A program made the position numbers and the translations under genes. A stretch of DNA of 64,000 nucleotides from Acidobacteriota bacterium (lineage in GTDB: Bacteria; Acidobacteriota; UBA6911; RPQK01; JAJDTT01), in NCBI GenBank assembly GCA_965209055.1, contig OZ242374.1, positions 992,001 to 1,056,000 of the forward strand. The letters are read 5' to 3'. The notes beneath the pieces are model-generated. The model was given only the letters and a program-made list of their open reading frames with translations. It ran no database searches and had not been told where the DNA came from. Positions 23,515 through 32,109 of this stretch are shown piece after piece. How positions within the stretch are numbered: position 1 is the first letter of the stretch; each line of letters begins with the position of its first letter.

Positions 23515-23537
23515 GGAGCGGCGTGTTTCACGCGCCG
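23515..23537 (+). repeat. GGAG-headed REP-like hairpin
   Basis: GGAG-CGGCGTG-TTTCA-CGCGCCG, same architecture as the copies at 25286, 51579 and 60349. Confidence 0.55.
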
Positions 23538-23645
23538 AGTCCCGTAGCCACACCGACGAACGGGTCAAGTCCTCTGGGACTTGACCTTCCGCTCCGTACA
23601 AACTAGTCTTATTCCTAGTCAGTACCAGCCCAACCGGAGGAACCC

Positions 23646-23906
23646 ATGAGCAACGTCTGGCAGGTACAGGAGGCCAAGGCGCGTTTCAGCGAACTGCTGG
23701 CGACGAGCCTCGCCGAAGGACCGCAAATCGTCACGAAGCGAGGCGTCGAGACGGCGGTGCTTGTCCCCATCAAGCAGTGGCGCAGACTGGAGAAAATGGC
23801 GAAGCCGAACCTCAAGGAACTTCTTCTCGCTCCCGGGCCGCGCACTGAAGCACTGGTACCGCCGCGTCGAGAACTCCGTAAACGTGCGGCTCCACATTTC
23901 GAGTAG
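23646..23906 (+). CDS. Phd/YefM family antitoxin
   Basis: WQVQEAKARFSELL..GPQIVTKRG; GGAGG RBS. Confidence 0.92.
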   Translation: MSNVWQVQEAKARFSELLATSLAEGPQIVTKRGVETAVLVPIKQWRRLEKMAKPNLKELLLAPGPRTEALVPPRRELRKRAAPHFE

Positions 23907-23910
23907 GCCA

Positions 23911-24333
23911 GTGTTTCTTCTCGACACCAACATCGTCTCCGAGTTGCGTCGACCCATTCCGCACCAGTCAACTCTGCACTGGATCAGGCGTGTGCCCGCC
24001 GAACAGTTGTACCTGTCCTCCGTCACGATAGGCGAAATTCAAGCAGGAATCGAAATCACACGTGAGCAGGACGCCGTCAAAGCAAGGGAACTGGAGGCAT
24101 GGCTCAACGGCGTCATCGCCACGTACCACATACTGGCGGTGGACGCCGCTGTCTTTCGGGAGTGGGCGAAGCTGATGCACCGGCGATCGGACACCTTGAT
24201 GCAGGATGCCATGATCGCTGCCGTGGCGATCGTCCACAGGCTGACGGTAGCGACCCGAAATGTGCGGGAATTCAAGCATTTCGGCGTTCCGATCGTCAAT
24301 CCTTTCTCGGACCAACGCGGGGAGACGGGATGA
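23911..24333 (+). CDS. vapC: PIN-domain toxin (VapC family)
   Basis: [19 protein letters not shown] and ATRN motifs. GTG lies 4 bp after the antitoxin stop. Confidence 0.92.
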   Translation: MFLLDTNIVSELRRPIPHQSTLHWIRRVPAEQLYLSSVTIGEIQAGIEITREQDAVKARELEAWLNGVIATYHILAVDAAVFREWAKLMHRRSDTLMQDAMIAAVAIVHRLTVATRNVREFKHFGVPIVNPFSDQRGETG

Positions 24334-25283
24334 TCCGGGAACGGATACTGGTAGCGGGAGGCGCCGGATTCATCGGCAGCCACCTCTGCGAATCGCTGCT
24401 CCGGCAGGGCGCGGACGTGCTCTGCCTGGACAACCTGTTCTCGGGCAGCCGGCGCAACATCCTCCCGCTCACGGAACACCCGTACTTCGAGTTCATCCGC
24501 CACGACGTGACCCAGCCGATCCTTCTGGAGGTGGACCGGATCTACAACCTGGCCTCGCCGGCGGCGCCGGTGCACTACCAGTACAACCCGGTCAAAACGG
24601 TGAAGACCAACGTCATGGGCACCCTCAACCTCCTGGGCCTGGCCAAGAGGGTGGGGGCCCGGATCCTCCAGGCCAGCACTTCGGAAGTTTACGGAGACCC
24701 CCTGGTCCATCCCCAGCGGGAGGACTACTGGGGCAACGTGAACCCCATCGGTCCTCGAAGCTGCTATGACGAGGGGAAGCGGGTGGCCGAATCCCTGATG
24801 ATCAATTACCGGCGCCAGAACGGCGTCGACGTGAGGATCGCCCGCATCTTCAACACCTATGGCCCCCGGATGTCGGAGGTGGACGGACGGGTCGTCAGCA
24901 ACTTCATGGTCCAGGCGCTGCGGGGAGAGCCCCTGACCGTCTACGGAGACGGTTCCCAGACCCGCTCCTTCTGTTACGTCTCCGACATGGTGGCGGGATT
25001 GGAGCAACTCATGGACGCCGATCGGGTCCCCGGACCGGTCAACCTGGGCAGTCCCCGCGAGTGTTCCATACTGTCGTTGGCGAAGCTGATCCTGGAACTC
25101 ACCGGCTCGAAATCCGAGATCCGGTTCGGAGTGATTCCGGAGGACGACCCGGTCCGGCGGCAGCCCGACATCGGCCGGGCGGAACGGCATCTGGACTGGG
25201 AACCGTTCGTGAACCTGAGGGAAGGACTTCACCGGACCATCCCGTACTACGAGGAAATCCTGGCCCGCAACCCGCCGGGGTGA
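24330..25283 (+). CDS. UDP-glucuronate decarboxylase (UDP-xylose synthase)
   Basis: [26 protein letters not shown] and RIFNTYGP motifs. ATG overlaps the vapC stop. Confidence 0.92.
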   Translation: MIRERILVAGGAGFIGSHLCESLLRQGADVLCLDNLFSGSRRNILPLTEHPYFEFIRHDVTQPILLEVDRIYNLASPAAPVHYQYNPVKTVKTNVMGTLNLLGLAKRVGARILQASTSEVYGDPLVHPQREDYWGNVNPIGPRSCYDEGKRVAESLMINYRRQNGVDVRIARIFNTYGPRMSEVDGRVVSNFMVQALRGEPLTVYGDGSQTRSFCYVSDMVAGLEQLMDADRVPGPVNLGSPRECSILSLAKLILELTGSKSEIRFGVIPEDDPVRRQPDIGRAERHLDWEPFVNLREGLHRTIPYYEEILARNPPG

Positions 25284-25285
25284 AT

Positions 25286-25453
25286 GGAGCGGCGGCACGC
25301 AACCGCCGAAACGGAGCGCCGATGGCCGATCGCCGGCCTCCGTTCAACCTCCAAGGCATCCAGGGAACGGGCGATTGGAAGGCGCCCTGCCAGTTATCTC
25401 GGCAGGGGCGGCTCCAGTCACCACTCGCGCGCGGTCCGGACCGCGCACTCTCC
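25286..25453. repeat. Cluster of REP-like hairpins
   Basis: GGAGCGGCGGCACGCAACCGCCG (25286), GGAGCGCCGATGGCCGATCGCCG (25313), an inverted degenerate copy at 25369-25391, and palindrome GCGCGGTCCGGACCGCGC (25429-25446). Confidence 0.6.
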
Positions 25454-25489
25454 GAAGAATGGCCTAGGTCACGATGGCTTGCTTGTGAT

Positions 25490-25513
25490 CCTTGTACCGG
25501 TACGAGGTATACT
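25490..25513 (+). promoter_or_regulatory. higBA operator palindrome and -10 box
   Basis: CCTTGTACCGGTACGAGG (18 bp, one mismatch) directly followed by TATACT. The ATG follows 5 nt later. Confidence 0.6.
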
Positions 25514-25518
25514 TCCGC

Positions 25519-25797
25519 ATGATTCGCAGGTTTCGCCATCGAGGCCTCAAGCGGTTGTTTGAGCGTGGTGATTTCAGGAGGGTGCGTGCAGACCAGAAGG
25601 AACGGATCGCACTTGCATTGGCGGACCTTGAAGCCGCCGCCGATCCGGCAGATTTGAATCTGCCCGGGTATCGACTTCACCCGCTGAAAGGTGGTCTGAA
25701 GGGGTTTTGGAGTATCACGATTTCCGGTAACTGGCGAATCATCTTCCGCTTCGAAGAAGGCGACGCGTACGATGTCGACCTGGTCGACTACCACTAG
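25519..25797 (+). CDS. higB: HigB toxin (RelE/ParE superfamily)
   Basis: MIRRFRHRGLKRLF, PGYRLHPLKG, WSITISGNWRIIFRF and DYH motifs. Confidence 0.93.
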   Translation: MIRRFRHRGLKRLFERGDFRRVRADQKERIALALADLEAAADPADLNLPGYRLHPLKGGLKGFWSITISGNWRIIFRFEEGDAYDVDLVDYH

Positions 25798-25809
25798 GAG
25801 GTCCCATCC

Positions 25810-26184
25810 ATGGCCATGAAGAATCCGCCGCATCCCGGCCGCAGTATCAAAAGGAACTGTCTTGATCCGCTCGGTCTGAGCGTCACGGAGGCGGCGAAGG
25901 TGTTGGGCGTGGCGCGTCACACCCTCTCCCGCGTATTGAACGGCCGAGCCGCCGTTTCACCGGCAATGGCCATTCGACTGGAGAAAGCCGGATGGTCCAA
26001 CGCCGAGTTCTGGCTGCGCCGGCAGACCGCGTACGATCTGGCGCAAGCCCGCAAGGACGAACACCGGATCAAGATCAAGCCCTACCCGCCACCCGTCACT
26101 CCCCGGGAGACATCGTCCACGTCGCGGGTGCGCGAGTCGCCGCCATCGTCAGGATCTTCGTCCGTCAACGAAGGCGGATACTGA
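25810..26184 (+). CDS. higA: HigA antitoxin (HTH-XRE)
   Basis: [16 protein letters not shown] and [10 protein letters not shown]. Carries a ~30-aa Ser/Pro-rich tail. Confidence 0.92.
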   Translation: MAMKNPPHPGRSIKRNCLDPLGLSVTEAAKVLGVARHTLSRVLNGRAAVSPAMAIRLEKAGWSNAEFWLRRQTAYDLAQARKDEHRIKIKPYPPPVTPRETSSTSRVRESPPSSGSSSVNEGGY

Positions 26185-26395
26185 CCTGCTGTTACAAGCT
26201 CATCGATACCGTCCGGACGACACCGTTTCACCGGGCTCGAGCCAAAGCCCCGGCAGCCAATTCGTTCGCTGGACAGTAGGGGGGACAGGTATGTCCCCTG
26301 TCCGCTCCAATTCCCGTCGAACGCCGGGATTCGGTCTGCTAGAATAGGCACCCGTACGGCGAACGGGTCCCGGATGGGACTTTCCCAAGGAGAAC

Positions 26396-26755
26396 GTGGT
26401 GCTCGGATCCTACATTCCCATTCTGATCTTCATCCTGGTGGCCATCACCCTTCCCGTCGTGGGATTGCTGGTGGGCAGGCTCCTGCGGCCCCATCTGCCC
26501 ACCGCCGACAAGCTGATGCCCTACGAATGCGGCGTCGATCCCGTCGACGACGCCAGAGGCCGATTTTCGGTGCGCTTCTACATCATCGCCATCCTCTTCG
26601 TCATCTTCGACGTGGAGACGATCTTCCTCTTTCCCTGGGCGGTCATCTACGACAAGCTGGCCCTGTTCGGGTTCATCGAGATGGTCATCTTCCTGGGGAT
26701 TCTGATCGTGGGCTATTTCTACGTCTGGAAGAAGGGCGCACTGGAATGGGCATAG
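26396..26755 (+). CDS. nuoA: NADH-quinone oxidoreductase subunit A
   Basis: YECG, FDVE and KKGALEW motifs. Confidence 0.95.
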   Translation: MVLGSYIPILIFILVAITLPVVGLLVGRLLRPHLPTADKLMPYECGVDPVDDARGRFSVRFYIIAILFVIFDVETIFLFPWAVIYDKLALFGFIEMVIFLGILIVGYFYVWKKGALEWA

Positions 26756-26820
26756 GAGGCCGTGGTACAAATCCCGCTGAGCCCGACCGGGGCGGAGCGG
26801 GACTTTCGCCACGGACTCTC
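26753..26820. repeat. Short inverted-repeat element related to the MITE family
   Basis: GAGGCCGTGGTACAAATCCCGCT...AGCGGGACTTTCGCCACGGACTC. The right arm resembles GACTTTCACCACGGACT at 5878. Confidence 0.55.
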
Positions 26821-26855
26821 GAACCGTTTCCGATCAACCTGACCGAGGTCGAAAC

Positions 26856-27344
26856 ATGGACCGGAGCATAGAGAAGAACGTCATCACCACGACGGCCGAC
26901 TCGGTTTTCAACTGGGCGCGGAAGTCCTCCCTCTGGCCCATGACTTTCGGCTTGGCCTGCTGCGCCATCGAGATGATGGCCACCGGCGCCTCCCGGTTCG
27001 ACATGGACCGGTTCGGTGCCGGCATCTTCCGGCCCTCGCCGCGCCAGTCCGACCTGATCATCGTGGCCGGGACCGTGACCCTGAAGATGGCCGAGGTGAT
27101 CCAGCGGCTCTACGAGCAGATGCCGGATCCCAAGTGGGTCATCTCCATGGGAGCCTGCTCCAGCGCCGGAGGCCCGTTCGACACCTATTCGACCTTGCAG
27201 GGAGTGGATAAAGTCATACCGGTGGACGTGTACATACCGGGGTGTCCGCCGCGGCCCGAGGCGCTTCTGTACGGACTCATGCGTCTCCAGGACAAGATCG
27301 ATCTGATGAGTATCACGGACAAGCCGGAGCCGCGGGCCAGCTAG
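26856..27344 (+). CDS. nuoB: NADH-quinone oxidoreductase subunit B
   Basis: [12 protein letters not shown] and PGCPP (N2 cluster ligands). Confidence 0.96.
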   Translation: MDRSIEKNVITTTADSVFNWARKSSLWPMTFGLACCAIEMMATGASRFDMDRFGAGIFRPSPRQSDLIIVAGTVTLKMAEVIQRLYEQMPDPKWVISMGACSSAGGPFDTYSTLQGVDKVIPVDVYIPGCPPRPEALLYGLMRLQDKIDLMSITDKPEPRAS

Positions 27345-27372
27345 ATTCCCCTGTAGCCCTTCCCAATCCTTC

Positions 27373-28518
27373 TTGAAGATGGACGACGAAACCAAGGCCA
27401 GGAAGAACAGCACAGGCGGCGATAAGCCCAAGCGGGCCCGCCGCAAGTCGAGGATTGCGGGTTACCGTCCCAAGCCGAAGATTCGGACCGCCCGACCCAA
27501 GCGGGAGACTCCTGCCGCTCCTTCCGAGGAAGAAACCCGGGCTGCCGTCCCTGTCGAGGAAAAGACTCCGGCTGCCCCTCCCGTGAAGGAAACCCCGGCC
27601 GCCCCTTCCGAGGAGGAAACCGCGGCTGCTGCTCCCGAGAAAGAGACCCCGGCTGCCCGGCCCAAGCGAAGGCCCCGGACCCGCCCCAGACCAAAGCTCC
27701 GGGGTGCCCGGCCCAGACCGAAGATCCGGTCCCGGACAGCGGAAGAGACCCCGGCTGCGCCCGCCGGTGAAGAGGCTCCGGCCGCCCGGCCCAAGCGAAG
27801 GCCGCGGCCTGCCCGGCCCAAGCCCAAGATCCGGGCCCGCACCAAGAGCGAAACGGCCGCTGACAGTACCGACGGAGAGGCCCCCGCCGCCCGGCCCAAG
27901 CCCAAGGCCCGGACCGCGGGGAAGAGACCGGTTCGCAAACGGCCGCTTCGCAAGCGTCCGCTCCGCAAGCGGCGGCCTCGCAAGGCGAGAAAGAAGGGGC
28001 CAAGCTACGAGGACCTGAAGGACGATGCCCTCCTGGAAGGCCTGAAAAAGCAATTCCCGGGAGAGATTCTCTCGGGACAGTCGTTCCTGGGCCAGAGCAT
28101 CTATACCGTGAAGCCGGGCGTCCTCTACGACGTCATGCTGTCCCTTCGGGACCATTCCGAATCGCCTTTCGACTACATGATCGACATCTCGGCCCTGGAT
28201 TACCTGGGGGACCAGGAGCGGTTCCTGATGGTCTACCAGCTCTATTCCTACGCCACGAAGAGGCTGCTCCGAGTCAAGAGCCGGTTCGCGGAAGGCGATC
28301 CGGTTCCGTCCATGACCTCTATCTGGAAGACCTCCGACTGGCTGGAGCGGGAAGTCTACGACATGTTCGGGATTCTGTTTTCCGGCCATCCCGATCTGAA
28401 ACGCATTCTCCTGCCCGAAGACTGGCACGGATTTCCGTTGCGGAAGGACTACGACATCAAACTGCAGGACCAGAGCTGGATCCGCAATCACCTGAAGATC
28501 AGAAAGACCCCCGATTAG
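27373..28518 (+). CDS. nuoC: NADH-quinone oxidoreductase subunit C with a long N-terminal low-complexity extension
   Basis: C-terminal [28 protein letters not shown]. Start is TTG 27373 or ATG 27379. Confidence 0.9.
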   Translation: MKMDDETKARKNSTGGDKPKRARRKSRIAGYRPKPKIRTARPKRETPAAPSEEETRAAVPVEEKTPAAPPVKETPAAPSEEETAAAAPEKETPAARPKRRPRTRPRPKLRGARPRPKIRSRTAEETPAAPAGEEAPAARPKRRPRPARPKPKIRARTKSETAADSTDGEAPAARPKPKARTAGKRPVRKRPLRKRPLRKRRPRKARKKGPSYEDLKDDALLEGLKKQFPGEILSGQSFLGQSIYTVKPGVLYDVMLSLRDHSESPFDYMIDISALDYLGDQERFLMVYQLYSYATKRLLRVKSRFAEGDPVPSMTSIWKTSDWLEREVYDMFGILFSGHPDLKRILLPEDWHGFPLRKDYDIKLQDQSWIRNHLKIRKTPD

Positions 28519-28521
28519 CCC

Positions 28522-29634
28522 ATGGAACGGCAGACCATACTCGACACCAAGGAACTCGAGATCAACATGGGTCCCCAGCACCCGTCCACTCACGGCGTGC
28601 TGCGAGTCCGGCTCAAACTGGACGGGGAACGGGTGGTCGACGCCGAGAGCATCATCGGCTACCTCCACCGGGGGGTGGAGAAGATCGCCGAAAACCGGAA
28701 CTACATCAAGTGCACTCCCTACTTCGACCGGACGGACTACATCGCCGCCGTTTCCAACGTCTACGGCTATGTGCTGGGAGTGGAGAAGATGCTGGGGATC
28801 GAGGTCCCGGAACGCGCCCGGCGCATTCGGATCATGATGACCGAATTCAACCGGATCGCGAGCCATCTGCTCTGGCTGGCCACCCATGCCATCGACATCG
28901 GGGCCATGACCGTCTTCCTCTACTGCTTTCGCGAGAGGGAAGAGGTCCTGAAGCTGTTCGAGGCCATCTTCGGCGCGCGACTGACCACCCACGCCTTCCG
29001 GCTGGGAGGGTTGTGGCTGGACATGCCTCCCGGGTTCGAGGCGGCCTGCCGGAAGTTCATCGACGAGTTTCCGAAGCGCGTCGACGAGTACGAGCAGCTC
29101 CTCACCCGGAATCGGATCTGGTTGGAGCGCACCAGGGGGGTCGGCGTCATTTCGGCCGAAGAGGCCATCGACTGGGGGCTGAGCGGCCCCCCGCTCCGGG
29201 GCTCCGGGGTCGACCACGACCTGCGCAAGCTCCGGCCCTATGGCGGATACGAGCAGTTCCAATTCGACGTGCCCGTGGGGAAGAACGGCGACACCTACGA
29301 CCGCTACCTGATCCGGCTCGAAGAGATGCGGCAGAGCCGCCGCATCATCGCCCAGATCCTGGATGACCTGCCCGACGGGCCGGTCCGAGGCCGGGCTCCC
29401 AAGATTCCCAAGCCGCCCGTGGGCGAATACTACTCGGGCATCGAGAGCCCCAGGGGAGAGTTGGGATACTACATCGTCAGTGACGGATCGCCGCAACCCT
29501 TCCGGCTCCGCATCCGTCCACCCACGTTCATCAGTCTCCAGGCGCTGCGGAGGCTGGTGCGCGGACACCTGGTGGCGGACGTGGTGGCCATCATCGGAAC
29601 GCTGGACATCGTGCTGGGGGAGATCGACCGCTAA
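28522..29634 (+). CDS. nuoD: NADH-quinone oxidoreductase subunit D
   Basis: [24 protein letters not shown] and GEIDR. No NiFe CxxC motifs. Confidence 0.96.
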   Translation: MERQTILDTKELEINMGPQHPSTHGVLRVRLKLDGERVVDAESIIGYLHRGVEKIAENRNYIKCTPYFDRTDYIAAVSNVYGYVLGVEKMLGIEVPERARRIRIMMTEFNRIASHLLWLATHAIDIGAMTVFLYCFREREEVLKLFEAIFGARLTTHAFRLGGLWLDMPPGFEAACRKFIDEFPKRVDEYEQLLTRNRIWLERTRGVGVISAEEAIDWGLSGPPLRGSGVDHDLRKLRPYGGYEQFQFDVPVGKNGDTYDRYLIRLEEMRQSRRIIAQILDDLPDGPVRGRAPKIPKPPVGEYYSGIESPRGELGYYIVSDGSPQPFRLRIRPPTFISLQALRRLVRGHLVADVVAIIGTLDIVLGEIDR

Positions 29635-30734
29635 TGGCCGAGTGGATCATCGTCTACGGAATCATACCGTTCGCCAAGGTCGCGGTGATCGTGCTGGTTC
29701 TGTCGGGCGCCGTCGCCTACATGACCCTGCTCGAGCGCAAGGTCATCGCCCATATCCAGGTGCGGCTGGGACCCATGCGCGTGGGTTGGCACGGGTTGCT
29801 TCAGCCTATCGCCGACGGGCTGAAGTTCATCCTCAAGGAAGACATCGTCCCGGCCCGGTCGGACAAGCTGATTTTCACGCTGGCTCCGGCCATCAGCCTG
29901 GTCCCCGCCTTCGTGGTGTTCGCCGTCATTCCCTTCGGTCCTCCCGGCATGATGGAGGACCTGCTTCGCTTGGCGCTGAGTCCTTTTCTGGACGCGGCCG
30001 CCGTGGAGTCCATCGCGACCCACTCGGCCGCTTCGGGAGGATTCGTCACCGACATCAACATCGCGCTGTTGTTCGTGCTCTCCATTTCCTCCGTGGGAAT
30101 CCTGGGAGTCATCCTGGGAGGGTGGGCCTCCAACAGCAAATATCCGCTGCTGGGAGCGCTTCGCTCCAGCGCCCAGATGATCAGCTACGAGGTGGCCCTG
30201 GGCTTCTCCGTGATCGGTGTGCTGCTGGTGACCCAGTCGCTGAGCCTGGTCCAGATCGTGGAGAATCAGCGGGAAGCCGAGGTCTGGTACATCTTTTACC
30301 AGCCCTTGGCCTTCGTCCTGTTCTTCATCTGCGGCATGGCCGAAACCAACCGGCTGCCCTTCGACCTCCCCGAGGCGGAAACCGAGCTGGTGGGTGGTTT
30401 CCACACCGAATACAGCGGCTTCCGCTTTTCCCTCTTCTTCATCGCCGAATATGCCGCCATGGTCACGGTCAGCGCGGTGGCGGTGACCCTGTTCCTGGGA
30501 GGTTGGCTGAGGCCGTTTCCCAACGTGGAGTGGCTCTCGTTCCTGGACGTGATCCCTCCGCTGTTGTGGTTCGTGATCAAGGTGTTCTTACTGCTTTACG
30601 TCTTCATCTGGATCCGGGGAACGCTTCCCCGATACCGCTTCGACCAGTTGATGCAGTACGGCTGGAAGCTCTTTCTCCCGCTGGCCCTGGCCAACGTGAT
30701 CGTCACGGCGGGAGTGGTTCTGGCATTCATGTAG
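29634..30734 (+). CDS. nuoH: NADH-quinone oxidoreductase subunit H
   Basis: ERK, GPMRVG, QPIADGLK, NRLPFDLPEAE and PRYRFDQL motifs. Confidence 0.96.
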   Translation: MAEWIIVYGIIPFAKVAVIVLVLSGAVAYMTLLERKVIAHIQVRLGPMRVGWHGLLQPIADGLKFILKEDIVPARSDKLIFTLAPAISLVPAFVVFAVIPFGPPGMMEDLLRLALSPFLDAAAVESIATHSAASGGFVTDINIALLFVLSISSVGILGVILGGWASNSKYPLLGALRSSAQMISYEVALGFSVIGVLLVTQSLSLVQIVENQREAEVWYIFYQPLAFVLFFICGMAETNRLPFDLPEAETELVGGFHTEYSGFRFSLFFIAEYAAMVTVSAVAVTLFLGGWLRPFPNVEWLSFLDVIPPLLWFVIKVFLLLYVFIWIRGTLPRYRFDQLMQYGWKLFLPLALANVIVTAGVVLAFM

Positions 30735-30792
30735 ACAATGCCAAAACGGGTTTGTAAATTGACGGATCGAACAAGAATCAGGCGGATCAACA

Positions 30793-31254
30793 ATGATTGA
30801 ATTCCTACGCCGCATGCTCTTCTGGGACATCGTGAAGGGTCTGGCCGTGACCTTTCGCTACACCTACACCAAGGTGTACACGGAACAGTATCCGACCGAG
30901 AAGCCCAAGCTGGCGGAGCGCTACAAGGGAGCTCCCCGTCTCAACAACGACCCGGAAACGGGTGAGACTCTCTGCATCGCCTGTGACCTGTGCGCCCTGA
31001 TCTGTCCGGAAGACCTGATCGTCGTCGGCTCCACCAGGGATCCGGAGAGCCGCAAGAAGGTGCTGACGCATTACACGTTCGACACTTCCCGCTGCCTGTT
31101 CTGCGGGCTCTGCCAGGAAGTGTGTCCCACCAACGCCGTCGAGTTGACCCAGGACTTCGAGCTGGCCGCATACGACCGCAGGGACATGGTGTGGAATCGT
31201 GAGCGCCTGGAGAAGTGTTGGGACCGCATCGATTTCGGGAAGAATTACAACTGA
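30793..31254 (+). CDS. nuoI: NADH-quinone oxidoreductase subunit I
   Basis: CIACDLCALICP and CLFCGLCQEVCP (two 4Fe-4S motifs). Confidence 0.95.
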   Translation: MIEFLRRMLFWDIVKGLAVTFRYTYTKVYTEQYPTEKPKLAERYKGAPRLNNDPETGETLCIACDLCALICPEDLIVVGSTRDPESRKKVLTHYTFDTSRCLFCGLCQEVCPTNAVELTQDFELAAYDRRDMVWNRERLEKCWDRIDFGKNYN

Positions 31255-31260
31255 TCGAGC

Positions 31261-31773
31261 ATGGAAACCTATCTCTTCTACGCCCTGGCGCTGATCCTGG
31301 TGACCTTTTCCATTCTCACCGTGACCGCGCGGAACCCGGTGCGGAGCGCCGTCTACCTGGTTTCGGCGCTGCTGGCGGTGGCGGGATTCTTCTTCCTCAT
31401 GGAGGCGGAGTTCGTCGGCGCCGTTCAGGTGCTGGTCTACGTGGGCGGCATCATGGTGCTCTTTCTCTTCGTCATCATGCTGGTCAGCATCGAGGCCCTG
31501 GACCGGCAGCCGAAGGTGAGCCGGCAATGGAGGACCGGGCTGGTCCTGGCCGTGGTCCTCTGCCTGGAATTGAGCCTTCTCATATTCCGGGGAACGGTTT
31601 CTCTGGAGGAGGGACTGGCGGAATCGGGGATCATCACCACTACCGAGACCATGAACACGGAAGCCGTAGGGACGGTTCTCTACAGCACCTACCTGCTTCC
31701 CTTCGAGATTGCCTCGGTCCTGCTTCTGGTGGCCATCGTGGGCGCCGTGGTACTGGCCAAAAAGGAGATCTGA
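31261..31773 (+). CDS. nuoJ: NADH-quinone oxidoreductase subunit J
   Basis: NPVRSA, QVLVYVGGIMVLFLF and PFE motifs. Confidence 0.95.
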   Translation: METYLFYALALILVTFSILTVTARNPVRSAVYLVSALLAVAGFFFLMEAEFVGAVQVLVYVGGIMVLFLFVIMLVSIEALDRQPKVSRQWRTGLVLAVVLCLELSLLIFRGTVSLEEGLAESGIITTTETMNTEAVGTVLYSTYLLPFEIASVLLLVAIVGAVVLAKKEI

Positions 31774-31791
31774 ACCGGTGCGGAGTCTAGG

Positions 31792-32094
31792 ATGATCGGA
31801 CCCAGCCACTACCTCTTCCTGAGCGCCATCGTCTTCACCATCGGCGCCGTCGGAGTGCTGACCCGGCGCAACGTCATCATCATCTTCATGTCCATCGAGC
31901 TCATGCTCAACGCCGTGAATCTGAACCTGATCGCCTTCTCGGCTCACCTGCAGGATCTGGCGGGCCAGGTTTTCGTCGTCTTCGTCATCACCGTCGCCGC
32001 CGCCGAGGCGGCAGTGGGGCTGGGCATCGTGATCGCCCTGTTCCGCAACCGGGAAACCGTCAACATGGATGAAATCGACCTCATGAGAGGCTGA
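31792..32094 (+). CDS. nuoK: NADH-quinone oxidoreductase subunit K
   Basis: [10 protein letters not shown] and AAEAAVGL motifs. Confidence 0.96.
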   Translation: MIGPSHYLFLSAIVFTIGAVGVLTRRNVIIIFMSIELMLNAVNLNLIAFSAHLQDLAGQVFVVFVITVAAAEAAVGLGIVIALFRNRETVNMDEIDLMRG

Positions 32095-32109
32095 GCCGGG
32101 GTCCATGGC

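Noticed and set aside
26090-26350. HigA Ser/Pro tail and short minus-strand ORFs as a gene remnant
   Set aside because: I recognised no motif. The simplest explanation is stop-codon drift.
28522-29634. Group 4 NiFe-hydrogenase large subunit
   Set aside because: There are no CxxC Ni-binding motifs, and NuoD quinone-site motifs are present.
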